A stretch of DNA of 32,000 nucleotides from Pirellula staleyi DSM 6068 (GCA_000025185.1 CP001848.1:60001-92000); one strand, 5' to 3'; numbered from the stretch's first letter, positions 1 through 7,720 are shown. Translations and numbers: made by a program. The notes: generated by a model from the letters alone, not told the origin.

Positions 1-135
1 AAATCCCGCCCGAAGCCCGATTTTCATCCGGATCGTCTTTAGGACTGTGCTAAACAGCGCAAACAAGGCAAAGCAGAGACCTTACGTCAACCCAACTCCA
101 AGCCCACTCCGCAACCCTCCTCTGCTCCGCAATCC

Positions 136-164
136 TTGACAACCCCGCCTTGCGGCGCTAGATT
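136..164 (+). promoter_or_regulatory. Candidate sigma-70-type promoter upstream of tex
   Basis: TTGACA (136-141), 17-nt spacer, TAGATT (159-164), 64 nt upstream of the ATG at 228. This is a sequence match only; the planctomycete promoter consensus is poorly defined. Confidence 0.35.
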
Positions 165-227
165 GCGCGGCTCGATCAGTCCCGCCGTTGGGCTGACGGT
201 TTGTGGTTGTGGTTGCTAGAGTTGCGA

Positions 228-3200
228 ATGAATCAGCCTCATCGGATCGATCTTGCACTTGTCGCCCGCGATCTCCATCTTCCGGTCGACAAGATCGAAC
301 GGACGGTGTCGCTGCTCGACGACGGCAACACAGTACCTTTCATCACCCGTTATCGGAAGGATCAAACCGGAGGGCTCGACGAAGAGCAAATCCGTGAGAT
401 CCAGGACCGTGTAACGAAGCTCCGCATGCTCGCCGAGCGGAAGGCGACGATCCTTAAATCGATCGAATCGCAAGGGAAACTCACGCCTGAACTGGCGGAA
501 GAGATCCAAGCGGCCCCCACCACCAAGCGTCTGGAAGACCTCTATCTTCCGTTCAAGCCGAAGAAGCAAACCCTGGCCACGGTGGCGCGTCAGCGCGGGC
601 TCGAACCACTCGCCCGTGAAATCCTCGAAGCCGACGCCGCTGCTACCGATCTGCTGGTCCGCGCCGCTGACTTCGTCTCGCCCGATCGCGAACTCAATTC
701 AGCCGCCGAAGTGCTGCTGGGTGTCGGTCACCTGCTGGCCGAGCGTTTCAGCGAAAACGCGGAACTGCGTGGTCGACTCCGAAAAATTTTCCAAAAAACT
801 GGCAAACTTGTCTCGACTAAAATCGAGCCCCCCGCTGCTGGCTCCCCTGAAGCCGCCGCTGCAGCGGTTGCCGCCGAAATTATCGCCGAAACAACCGGTG
901 AAGAGCCCGCTGCCGACATGGCGAGCGATGCTGCCACCGACATCACGTCGGTCGCTGCGGAAACGCCAGCCCTTCACGACGAACTCGCCGCCCCGAGCGA
1001 AATCGCTTCCGACGCGAGTGACGACGAAGAGGAAGAGGCTGAAGTTGATGCCGAGGCCCCGGCCGATGTGACCAGTGAAGCCGAAACGGAAGCTCCCGCG
1101 ACAGAAGCGGCCGAAACACCCGCCGCCGAAGCAACCACAGAAGCCCCCGCTGCCGACTCTGCCGCAGTCGACATGGCCGCTGCTGCCGGAAGCGTGCTCC
1201 CGACCGGACGCTTGTTCGAGAAGCCAGCCGCTCCGATCGTTGCGCCTGACGTCAAAAAGGCGAAGAAGAAGAAAAAGAAGAAGGTCATCGGCGAGCATGC
1301 CTTCAAAGACTACTACGCCTTCACGGAAGCTGTGGGGCGCATTCCGCCACATCGCATTCTGGCAATCAATCGTGGCGAACGGGCCCGCGCGATTCGCGTC
1401 AAGATCGAAGCCGATCTCGAAGCGATGTACCGCGATGCTGAAGAACTGATCGTTCGCGCCGATCATCCGCACGCCGACTTCCTGCGCGGTGTGCTGCGAG
1501 ATGCGCTCAATCGGCTGATGGTCCCCAGTCTCGAGCGCGAAATTCGCCGCGAGATGACCGACTTCGCCGAGACCCACGCCGTCGATGTCTTCATCCGCAA
1601 TCTGCGCAAGCTCCTGCTGGCTCAGCCAGTGCGTGGCCGCCGAGTTCTCGCCGTCGATCCAGGTTTCAAGAGTGGCTGTAAGCTCGTAGCCCTCGATGAA
1701 TTTGGCAATGTCCTCGGCCACGGCATGATCTATGTCATTGGCAAAGACGATCGTCGCCAGAAGGCCAAGAATCGCCTCGCCGAAATCATCAAGCAATACA
1801 ACGTCTCGGTGATCGCCATCGGCAACGGCACAGGCTGCCGCGAGACCGAACAGCTGGTGGCCGACGTCCTCTCGAACGAAGTCGCTGGGCGCGATTGTGC
1901 CTACGTGATTGTGAACGAAGCAGGCGCGAGCATCTACTCGACAAGCCCGCTCGGTCGCGAAGAACTGCCGCAGTACGACGCCCTGCAGCGTGGCGCGATT
2001 TCGATCGGTCGCCGCCTGCTCGATCCGCTCTCGGAAATGGTGAAGATCAACCCCGCCAATTTGGGCGTCGGTTTGTATCAACACGACATGAAGGCCAAGC
2101 ACCTGAAGGAATCGCTCGACGCCGTTGTCGAATCGTGCGTGAACTTCGTCGGTGTCGACGTCAATAGCGCCAGCCCCGCCCTGCTCCGCTATGTCTCGGG
2201 CATGAACGCCCTGACCGCTCGCCGCGTGTATGAATATCGCCGCGAACATGGCCCCTTCCATAACCGCGAAGACCTGAAAAAGGTTCCCGGCTTTGGCGAT
2301 GCCACGTTTGTGCAAGCCGCTGGCTTTTTGAAGATCCTCGGTGGCGAGAACGCACTCGATGCGACCTCCATTCACCCCGAAAGCTACTCGATTGCGATTC
2401 GCGTGCTCGAGAAAATCGGCAGCGACGTGCAGGAACTCGCGCAAGCAGTTCCCCTTCCCCCGAAGCCGCCAGAACCAGCGCCGTTTGGCCTGCTTCCCGA
2501 TGTGGCGCCGGTTGCTGTCGCGCCTGCAGTTGCTGAAGCTGCACCTGCCGTTGAAGCTCCTGCTCCTGCCCCTGAAACACCCGCTGGCGAAGCAATGTCG
2601 AGCGAAGGGGGACCAGTCGATTCCCCAGCTGCCCCCGGCACACCAGCCGCCGAGCCCACTGTGGCCGATGTTGCAGTTGCCGCCGCCGAGCCGATTGCAG
2701 AACCTGTGGCCGAAGCTGCTGCAGAGCCCGTCGCTGCTGAAGTGACACCGGTGCAGCTTGTCGGAATTCCGGCTGCTACCGACGAGTCGCTCGCTCGCAA
2801 AATCGCCGAGCAAGCCGCTGCTGTCGATGTCAAAAAGCTCGCCGAAGAACTCCAAATCGGCCAACACTTGCTCGAAGACATTTTGGCGACCCTCAAGAAG
2901 CCAGGTCTCGATCCACGCGATAGTTTGTCGGCTCCGCTCCTGCGTCGCGGCATCATGAAGCTCGAAGATCTCGAGCCTGGCATGGAGCTCTCCGGCAGCG
3001 TGCTGAACGTGGTCGACTTCGGCGTGTTCGTCGATATCGGTCTTTCCGATAGTGGCCTCGTGCACATCAGCCGACTGGCCGACCGCTACATTCGCGATCC
3101 CCACGAAGTGGTTGGGGTGGGCGATGTGCTGAAGGTCTGGGTCGTCGAAGTCGATAAGTCGCGCCGCCGCGTATCGCTCACTGCCATTGCTCCGGGAAGT

Positions 3201-3671
3201 GAAAAGCCTCAGCGTCCCCCACGTGGCGAACGTGGTCCGCGTCAGCCTCGCGGCGATCGGGGCCCACGTCCTCAAGGTGCCGAAGGTGCAGCCGCTGGTG
3301 CACAGCCTTCAGGTGGTCAGTACCAAGGTGGTCGCCCGCAAGGCAGTCGTCCCCAAGGTCAAGGTCAGGGCCAGGGTGGTCAAGGGAATCGAGGCCCACG
3401 TCCTCAGCCTGCTGGTGCTGGCGGACCTCCGGGTGGCGGCAATCGTCCTCCACGCTCCGGTGGTGGCGGAGGAGGCGGTCGCGGTCCTGGGAACCGAGGA
3501 GGTGGTCGTAACGATCGTCCACCACGCCCCACTACCGTCGAGCGCGCACCGACCAAGCCCAAGGTCGTCAAGCCGCTGAGCAAGGCCCAGGAAACGGGCA
3601 AAGAGCCGATGCGATCGTTCGGCGACTTGCTCCAGTTCCTCGACAAAAAGAAAAAGCCTGACGATAAGTAA
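228..3671 (+). CDS. tex: Tex/YhgF-family transcription accessory protein (S1 RNA-binding domain) with three low-complexity expansions
   Basis: ORF 201..3671. The track start at 201 is a TTG; the first ATG is at 228 (MNQPHRIDLALVARDL). Family blocks seen: N-terminal VPFITRYRKDQTGGLDEEQIREIQDRV; YqgF/RuvC-like core VLAVDPGFKSGCKLVALDEFGNVL ... VIAIGNGTGCRETE; HhH block LLRYVSGMNALTARRVYEYRREHGPFHNREDLKKVPGFGDATFVQAAGFL; S1 domain GMELSGSVLNVVDFGVFVDIGLSDSGLVHISRLADRYIRDPHEVVGVGDVLKVWVVEVDKSRRRVSLT. Confidence 0.9.
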   Translation: MNQPHRIDLALVARDLHLPVDKIERTVSLLDDGNTVPFITRYRKDQTGGLDEEQIREIQDRVTKLRMLAERKATILKSIESQGKLTPELAEEIQAAPTTKRLEDLYLPFKPKKQTLATVARQRGLEPLAREILEADAAATDLLVRAADFVSPDRELNSAAEVLLGVGHLLAERFSENAELRGRLRKIFQKTGKLVSTKIEPPAAGSPEAAAAAVAAEIIAETTGEEPAADMASDAATDITSVAAETPALHDELAAPSEIASDASDDEEEEAEVDAEAPADVTSEAETEAPATEAAETPAAEATTEAPAADSAAVDMAAAAGSVLPTGRLFEKPAAPIVAPDVKKAKKKKKKKVIGEHAFKDYYAFTEAVGRIPPHRILAINRGERARAIRVKIEADLEAMYRDAEELIVRADHPHADFLRGVLRDALNRLMVPSLEREIRREMTDFAETHAVDVFIRNLRKLLLAQPVRGRRVLAVDPGFKSGCKLVALDEFGNVLGHGMIYVIGKDDRRQKAKNRLAEIIKQYNVSVIAIGNGTGCRETEQLVADVLSNEVAGRDCAYVIVNEAGASIYSTSPLGREELPQYDALQRGAISIGRRLLDPLSEMVKINPANLGVGLYQHDMKAKHLKESLDAVVESCVNFVGVDVNSASPALLRYVSGMNALTARRVYEYRREHGPFHNREDLKKVPGFGDATFVQAAGFLKILGGENALDATSIHPESYSIAIRVLEKIGSDVQELAQAVPLPPKPPEPAPFGLLPDVAPVAVAPAVAEAAPAVEAPAPAPETPAGEAMSSEGGPVDSPAAPGTPAAEPTVADVAVAAAEPIAEPVAEAAAEPVAAEVTPVQLVGIPAATDESLARKIAEQAAAVDVKKLAEELQIGQHLLEDILATLKKPGLDPRDSLSAPLLRRGIMKLEDLEPGMELSGSVLNVVDFGVFVDIGLSDSGLVHISRLADRYIRDPHEVVGVGDVLKVWVVEVDKSRRRVSLTAIAPGSEKPQRPPRGERGPRQPRGDRGPRPQGAEGAAAGAQPSGGQYQGGRPQGSRPQGQGQGQGGQGNRGPRPQPAGAGGPPGGGNRPPRSGGGGGGGRGPGNRGGGRNDRPPRPTTVERAPTKPKVVKPLSKAQETGKEPMRSFGDLLQFLDKKKKPDDK

Positions 3672-3787
3672 TCGAGGCGAGAGGCGAGATAAAGCAACTC
3701 GCTCCGCCCCTGTTAGTTTTTCCAGCTCGACGCTTTCGTTCGGCTGGCGATGCTTTCTTCGGCTGGCAATACGATGCTCAGCTACTA

Positions 3788-3810
3788 CCCAGGTTGCATG
3801 CCAACCTGGG
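3788..3810. terminator. GC-rich hairpin between the convergent tex and phosphoesterase genes (candidate bidirectional terminator)
   Basis: cccaggttg (3788-3796) pairs with caacctggg (3802-3810): a 9-bp perfect stem, 10 bp with A3787-T3811, and a 5-nt loop catgc. There is no U-tract on either strand, so it is not a canonical intrinsic terminator. Confidence 0.35.
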
Positions 3811-3836
3811 TTCCTCCGAGACGATCTTCTTTACCG

Positions 3837-5153
3837 TCACGAACGCTTACGTGACGCAAACTTCCAGGTCCCCAGTTTCTCGCCACCCAGACCGGTGGCG
3901 GTGATGATCAGTTCTTTCGCGGTCGCTTCTCCCCGAATGATCGTGGCCGATTGGAGACTCGGGCCGCCACCCACCATCTGACCGTAGCTGTGCTCGGCTG
4001 TCGGCTCGTCGTAACGAAACTGGTGCATGTGCCCGCTGAGCACCAGTTGCACCCCCGCCTGCTCTAAATGCTTGTGCCACGCCTGCTGCGAATTGCGTGA
4101 GTAGTAGGCATAGCCGTCGAGGATATCCCCCGGGTTATGTTCCGGCAGACCCCACAGCGGAATGTGGCAGAAGACCACCAGATGCGGTGCCGATTGGATC
4201 TCGGGGCGCACAAGCGCCTGGGCTAACCACTCCCCTTGAGCCTTGCGATACGGCTCGAAACTCGCCAGCCCTGCAAACGTGGGATGCGCGTCGGGCTTAT
4301 CTTCCCCCGTGTCGAGCCCGATGATTGCCAGCGGACCTTGCCGCACGGCAAACGATCGTCCGAGGGAACCTTGATGGGGCCAGTCGATTATTGCCTGCGA
4401 AAGGGCGCGCGCATGCTTGCCGCGCACATCGTGGTTGCCACTGGTGAAGAGCACCGGCGCTGTGGCGGCGTACGCTGCACCGGCAGGCCGCAGCACCTGC
4501 GCCACGATCTGCTCGTCGCTTCGGATGTCGTCGAAAATGTCCCCATTCCAAACGGTGAAGTCGGCCGGCTTTGCCGCCAACTCGGTCGTGATCGCGCGCA
4601 GCACCTCGAGCTTCTCGTGCGTGTCGTTGATCATCTGAAACGAGGCCGTTTCTGCCGACTCGCTCGGGGTCGTGAAGCGATAAGTCGCGCCGATGATCGG
4701 CTCCCCCTTTTCGATTCGATAAGCGCTCCGGAAATCGATCGGCTGAGTGACTGTGCGATAGAAAAACGGCTCTCCAGCCTTCAGCCCCGTCAGACGGACC
4801 GAGAGGAACCGTTCGCTGAGCGACTTGAGGCCATTGGCTGCCGCTTCGGCCCGCTGGCCGAGTTCAGCGGTCGCACCATACTCAACCCAGCCTGTGGCAA
4901 GCGTGTCGGTGGCCCAGGCGACAGTCATGCCAGTGGGGGAAGGGTTCTGCAGCACCGGACCGCCGAGGAGCGGCTCAGCCGCAGCAGTGGGCTGCGTTCT
5001 GTTTGGCTCTTGAGCAGCCACTTCCTGGCCCCGTACCAGCGTGCTCAAAGCAACCGAACCGGCAGCGAGCGACGACATCGTGGAGAGAAACTGGCGCCGA
5101 TCCGAACGTCCTGCCACACCACTAGCATCAACGCGCAAAGAATCATCAGACAT
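3837..5153 (-). CDS. Tat-exported metallophosphoesterase, purple-acid-phosphatase-like
   Basis: ATG at 5153, TGA at 3837-3839. Twin-arginine signal SDRRQFLSTMSSLAAGSVALS. N-terminal beta-sandwich typical of purple acid phosphatases (GMTVAWATD ... GEPFFYRTV). Calcineurin-like motifs NDTHE, NGDIFDD, SGNHD, SGHMHQF. Confidence 0.85.
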   Translation of the reverse strand: MSDDSLRVDASGVAGRSDRRQFLSTMSSLAAGSVALSTLVRGQEVAAQEPNRTQPTAAAEPLLGGPVLQNPSPTGMTVAWATDTLATGWVEYGATAELGQRAEAAANGLKSLSERFLSVRLTGLKAGEPFFYRTVTQPIDFRSAYRIEKGEPIIGATYRFTTPSESAETASFQMINDTHEKLEVLRAITTELAAKPADFTVWNGDIFDDIRSDEQIVAQVLRPAGAAYAATAPVLFTSGNHDVRGKHARALSQAIIDWPHQGSLGRSFAVRQGPLAIIGLDTGEDKPDAHPTFAGLASFEPYRKAQGEWLAQALVRPEIQSAPHLVVFCHIPLWGLPEHNPGDILDGYAYYSRNSQQAWHKHLEQAGVQLVLSGHMHQFRYDEPTAEHSYGQMVGGGPSLQSATIIRGEATAKELIITATGLGGEKLGTWKFASRKRS

Positions 5154-5521
5154 GCACCACTCCCAGGTTGCGAGAAATCATCACGACTCCTCGCAAAACT
5201 AACTTGCCAGCACGGACGTGTAAAGCAAGAACAACGCCCGCGTAAAGTGGCAGCCTTCGAGTTGAAGCACGCCACCGTTCTCATTCCTTCGTGTACTCGG
5301 TGTGCTCCGTGGTGAATGATTTACGACGAAAAGAAACCGCGAAGGACACGAAAGACGCGAAGCTTGAGACTACCGGTTGGACGAAACGAATCGCAGCATT
5401 GATCTACCAATGCCTATTTGGATTCGCTTCATGAGTAGCAGCGTCAGAACACTTGTTAACTAAGAGCGCGGCACTATTGCCAAACGCCATGCTTTTATGG
5501 GAAAGCGTACCACGCACTTCT

Positions 5522-5553
5522 CATGCTCCTGCTGCTTACGCGACAGGAGCATG
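5522..5553. repeat. Perfect 10-bp inverted repeat (hairpin) in a long intergenic region
   Basis: catgctcctg (5522-5531) and caggagcatg (5544-5553) are exact reverse complements separated by the 12-nt loop ctgcttacgcga. Confidence 0.7.
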
Positions 5554-5630
5554 GCACCCGGCTGGGAAGTAGCTGACGCCGGCGAAAATATCCGAGCGGC
5601 GTGCCGTCAGGATCCCTCCGGGCTCCTGAC

Positions 5631-5905
5631 CTACTACTCCGTCTAACGATCAATATCATGTGTCCTTGGGTGGCTACTAGCTGGCTTGTCCAGCAGTGAG
5701 AATCGCAACTGAGGATGACATTAACCGATAGACGAAGTACTACTCGATCTAGCGATCAATGTCAGACACCGGGTGGCTGTCTTGTGCGTAGCTCAACACA
5801 GTTTTAGCTTCATCGCGCTGCACACTGCTGGACAAGCCAGCAGTGCCACCCCGTTTTGTATGACATCAATCGATAGATGACGTACTACTGGTCCGTTTAG
5901 CGAGG
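5631..5905. repeat. About 2.5 direct copies of a composite non-coding repeat unit with embedded hairpins
   Basis: Units begin with tactact at 5632, 5738 and 5883 (periods 106 and 145 nt). Shared blocks: tactact+20 nt is 23/27 identical between 5632-5658 and 5738-5764; gggtggct at 5668-5675 and 5771-5778; gctgg-N5-ccagcagtg at 5680-5698 and 5827-5845; tgacatYaaYcgatagaYga at 5716-5735 and 5861-5880 (17/20 identical). Stop codons differ between copies, so the unit is not coding. Confidence 0.7.
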
Positions 5906-5908
5906 CCC

Positions 5909-6328
5909 TTAGCCTCGGACTTTTCGCATCCGGAGGTGGTTGCCGCGGCCGAGGTAGTCGACTTCGGTCATGAAGCTTTTCATGAGCATCACGCCACGTC
6001 CCGATGGTTTGTCGAGGTTCTCGTCGGCGGTGGGATCGGGGACATCGGCAGGATTGAAGCCGAGCCCTTCGTCGATCACTTCGATGAAAAAGCTACGCGG
6101 GCTGATTTCGACAGAGACCTCGACGATCTTTTCTGTGTCGAACTTGTTGCCGTGCCGCACGGCGTTGACGATCGCTTCGTCGATTGCCAGATGCACGGCA
6201 AACAGATCGTGACCGCTCCACTCGAGCGCTTCGAGCATCGCAAAGATCTCTTGAACAACCTGCGAAGCAGTGTCGCTGGAGCTGGGAAAACTCCAGTGGC
6301 GAGTTTCGTTGGAGTTTTCACTCGCCAT
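5909..6328 (-). CDS. RsbW/SpoIIAB-like anti-sigma-factor serine kinase (HATPase domain)
   Basis: ORF 5909..6481. The domain begins at the ATG at 6328 (MASENSNETRHWSFPSS). N-box LAIDEAIVNAVRHGN, G-box VIDEGLGFNP, GRGVMLMKSFM. At 139 aa it matches the usual size of this family. The upstream 51 codons (6329-6481, GTG start) are Arg/Ser-rich and look non-domain. Confidence 0.8.
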   Translation of the reverse strand: MASENSNETRHWSFPSSSDTASQVVQEIFAMLEALEWSGHDLFAVHLAIDEAIVNAVRHGNKFDTEKIVEVSVEISPRSFFIEVIDEGLGFNPADVPDPTADENLDKPSGRGVMLMKSFMTEVDYLGRGNHLRMRKVRG

Positions 6329-6439
6329 GCTGTGACTCGCTTCGCTCGTGCGAGAAATCGCGGGGAGAAGGAGGCGAAAAGAGACTCGCGAGGAGGCTGG
6401 GGAATTGCGCCGAAAGCTCGGTGCGACGGAGCAGCCACC

Positions 6440-6460
6440 GTCAGGCACAAGGTGCCTGAC
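6440..6460 (-). other. Perfect hairpin in the spacer between the STAS and kinase genes
   Basis: gtcaggcac (6440-6448), loop aag, gtgcctgac (6452-6460): a 9-bp perfect stem. It lies between the STAS stop (6482-6484) and the kinase ATG (6328). Confidence 0.6.
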
Positions 6461-6481
6461 GCTACGACGCTGGCCGACCAC

Positions 6482-6847
6482 TTAGAAACCGGCGAGTGCT
6501 TCGCTTTCGGTGTTCTTGATGTCGAACAGCTGGTTCAAGCGGGTGATGGCAAAGACTTCGTAAATCTCGGGCTTGAGATTGCAAAGACGCATCCGACCGC
6601 TGTGAGCCTTCACCTTCTTGTCGAGGATGATCAGCTTGTTGAGCGCTGCCGAGCTGAGGAACTCCACCGTCGAGAAGTTCAGGATCAAGTTTTTCTTGTG
6701 ATCCTTTTCGACGATCGCGAACAGCTCTTCGCCCAGTTCCTGGATGTTGGCAGCGTCGATGATCTTACGATCAAGAAAGCGAACGAGCGAGACATCCCCC
6801 GCCGTGCCGCTGAAATTCGTGACCTCAATCCGACGTGTGACCGCCAT
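6482..6847 (-). CDS. STAS-domain anti-sigma-factor antagonist (RsbV/SpoIIAA-like)
   Basis: ORF 6482..6964. Likely ATG at 6847 (MAVTRRIEVTNFSGTAGDVSLVRF), giving 121 aa. STAS pattern LILNFSTVEFLSSAALNKLIIL with Ser at the usual phospho-acceptor position, then GRMRLCNLKPEIYEVFAITRLNQLFDI. Stop TAA at 6484-6482. Confidence 0.8.
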   Translation of the reverse strand: MAVTRRIEVTNFSGTAGDVSLVRFLDRKIIDAANIQELGEELFAIVEKDHKKNLILNFSTVEFLSSAALNKLIILDKKVKAHSGRMRLCNLKPEIYEVFAITRLNQLFDIKNTESEALAGF

Positions 6848-7109
6848 ATCCGGCAAGCTCCTGGAATCGGAATCGCTGCTGCAAACTATCGCCGGAAGTG
6901 ATTCTTCCTGCTGGAGTTCGAGCGATCCGCTGGTGTCGTGAATACAGGTCTCTGCCAGCCGCAAAGAGAAGCAAATTGCGCCTAGCGAGACAGAAAAACT
7001 GAGCTGCTAGACTACCCGAGCAACCGCCGGTTTGCAAGTTTGCTGCGCCTGGGCGGCAGGTCTCGTGCGGAGTAAAAAGCTGGCCCTGCGGGGTCAGACT
7101 GTGCGGTAA

Positions 7110-7547
7110 TCACCCACTTTGGGGCAAATCGATAGCCATCAGCACGAGGTCATCGCGCAGTCGAAAGCCGAGGGAAGTCCAAAAAGCACGCCCCTCGACG
7201 TTGGTGTCGATCAAATAGATGCTGCAGCGAGAAATTCCTTCGCGGGCCAGTCCGGCGAGCCCTTGCTCGACCAGTTTTCGGGCAATTCCTTGCCGGCGAT
7301 AGGCAGGATCGACCGCCAGGTGATAGAGATAGCCGCGACGGCCGTCGTGACAGGCGAGCATCGCCCCCACCAGCACGGCGGCACCTGCGGCAGGCTGATG
7401 GAACGCCAGAGGGGAAAGATCGGGATTCCGCTCGAGGATGCGGGCTATTTCGTCGCGCGATTCCAGGCCACGCACACCCGGCGCAGCCGACCACAGTGCC
7501 AGGACAGAGTCGTAGTCGGAAAGACGCATCGCGCGGATCGTAAGCAT
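7110..7547 (-). CDS. GNAT-family N-acetyltransferase
   Basis: 145 aa, ATG at 7547. Acetyl-CoA binding motif LAVDPAYRRQGIARKLV followed by EGRAFWTSLGF, with the typical GNAT topology. Confidence 0.85.
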   Translation of the reverse strand: MLTIRAMRLSDYDSVLALWSAAPGVRGLESRDEIARILERNPDLSPLAFHQPAAGAAVLVGAMLACHDGRRGYLYHLAVDPAYRRQGIARKLVEQGLAGLAREGISRCSIYLIDTNVEGRAFWTSLGFRLRDDLVLMAIDLPQSG

Positions 7548-7720
7548 GAGAGTCGCAGGTGGTGAGTGTCGACGCTGAAAGAGTCTTCACTCGATATTCA
7601 CCGTTTCTTTATGGATTGCTTCCTATACTCGGCCGGGATGCTTTTGCGCGTGCAGTACAGCCTGTCGCAGAGCTCGGTCCCGACCGCCACTTTGTTTGAG
7701 TATAGAAGCAGTAACTCGCC

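Noticed and set aside
1251-1286. Purine tract aaaaaggcgaagaagaagaaaaagaagaagg as a slippage, phase-variation or frameshift site
   Set aside because: It is an imperfect AAG/AAA mix with no long homopolymer. It simply encodes the poly-Lys patch in frame with conserved Tex blocks on both sides.
699-3275. 858-aa ORF antisense to tex, plus shorter antisense ORFs in the same span
   Set aside because: It is the mirror image of a well-supported gene. Its Gly/Arg/Ser/Cys/Phe-rich composition is what the reverse complement of Ala/Glu/Pro-rich coding DNA produces. It has no recognisable domain, and long antisense ORFs are expected in GC-rich DNA.
3788-5171. The 10-mer cccaggttgc occurs on both sides of the phosphoesterase gene (3788-3797 and 5162-5171). 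Is it a target-site duplication or a mobile cassette?
   Set aside because: Hundreds of repeated 10-mer pairs are expected by chance in 32 kb, and there are no terminal inverted repeats or recombinase genes.
4236-5315. 359-aa ORF antisense to the metallophosphoesterase gene
   Set aside because: Arg-rich with no motifs. The opposite strand carries clear metallophosphoesterase motifs and a Tat signal.
5284-5362. cgcgaaggacacgaaagacgcgaag (5338-5362), with a loose inverted partner ttccttcgtgta (5284-5295). It reminded me of short acgaagg-type intergenic repeats in planctomycete genomes.
   Set aside because: There is only one copy here, the match is loose (8/11), and I cannot verify the recollection without a genome-wide search.
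5631-5905. Could the repeats be a small CRISPR array?
   Set aside because: There are only about 2.5 copies with unequal periods (106 and 145 nt). The repeats are composite and longer than the putative spacers. No cas genes are in the window.
5936-6901. 321-aa ORF on the plus strand spanning both partner-switching genes
   Set aside because: It overlaps two minus-strand genes that have clear STAS and HATPase motifs, and it has no domain signature of its own.
7623-7705. 8-nt inverted repeat ctatactc / gagtatag, 67 nt apart, in the GNAT / DUF1559-like divergent region
   Set aside because: The expected number of such 8-mer inverted pairs in a 170-nt region is of the order of 0.2, which is not distinguishable from chance.
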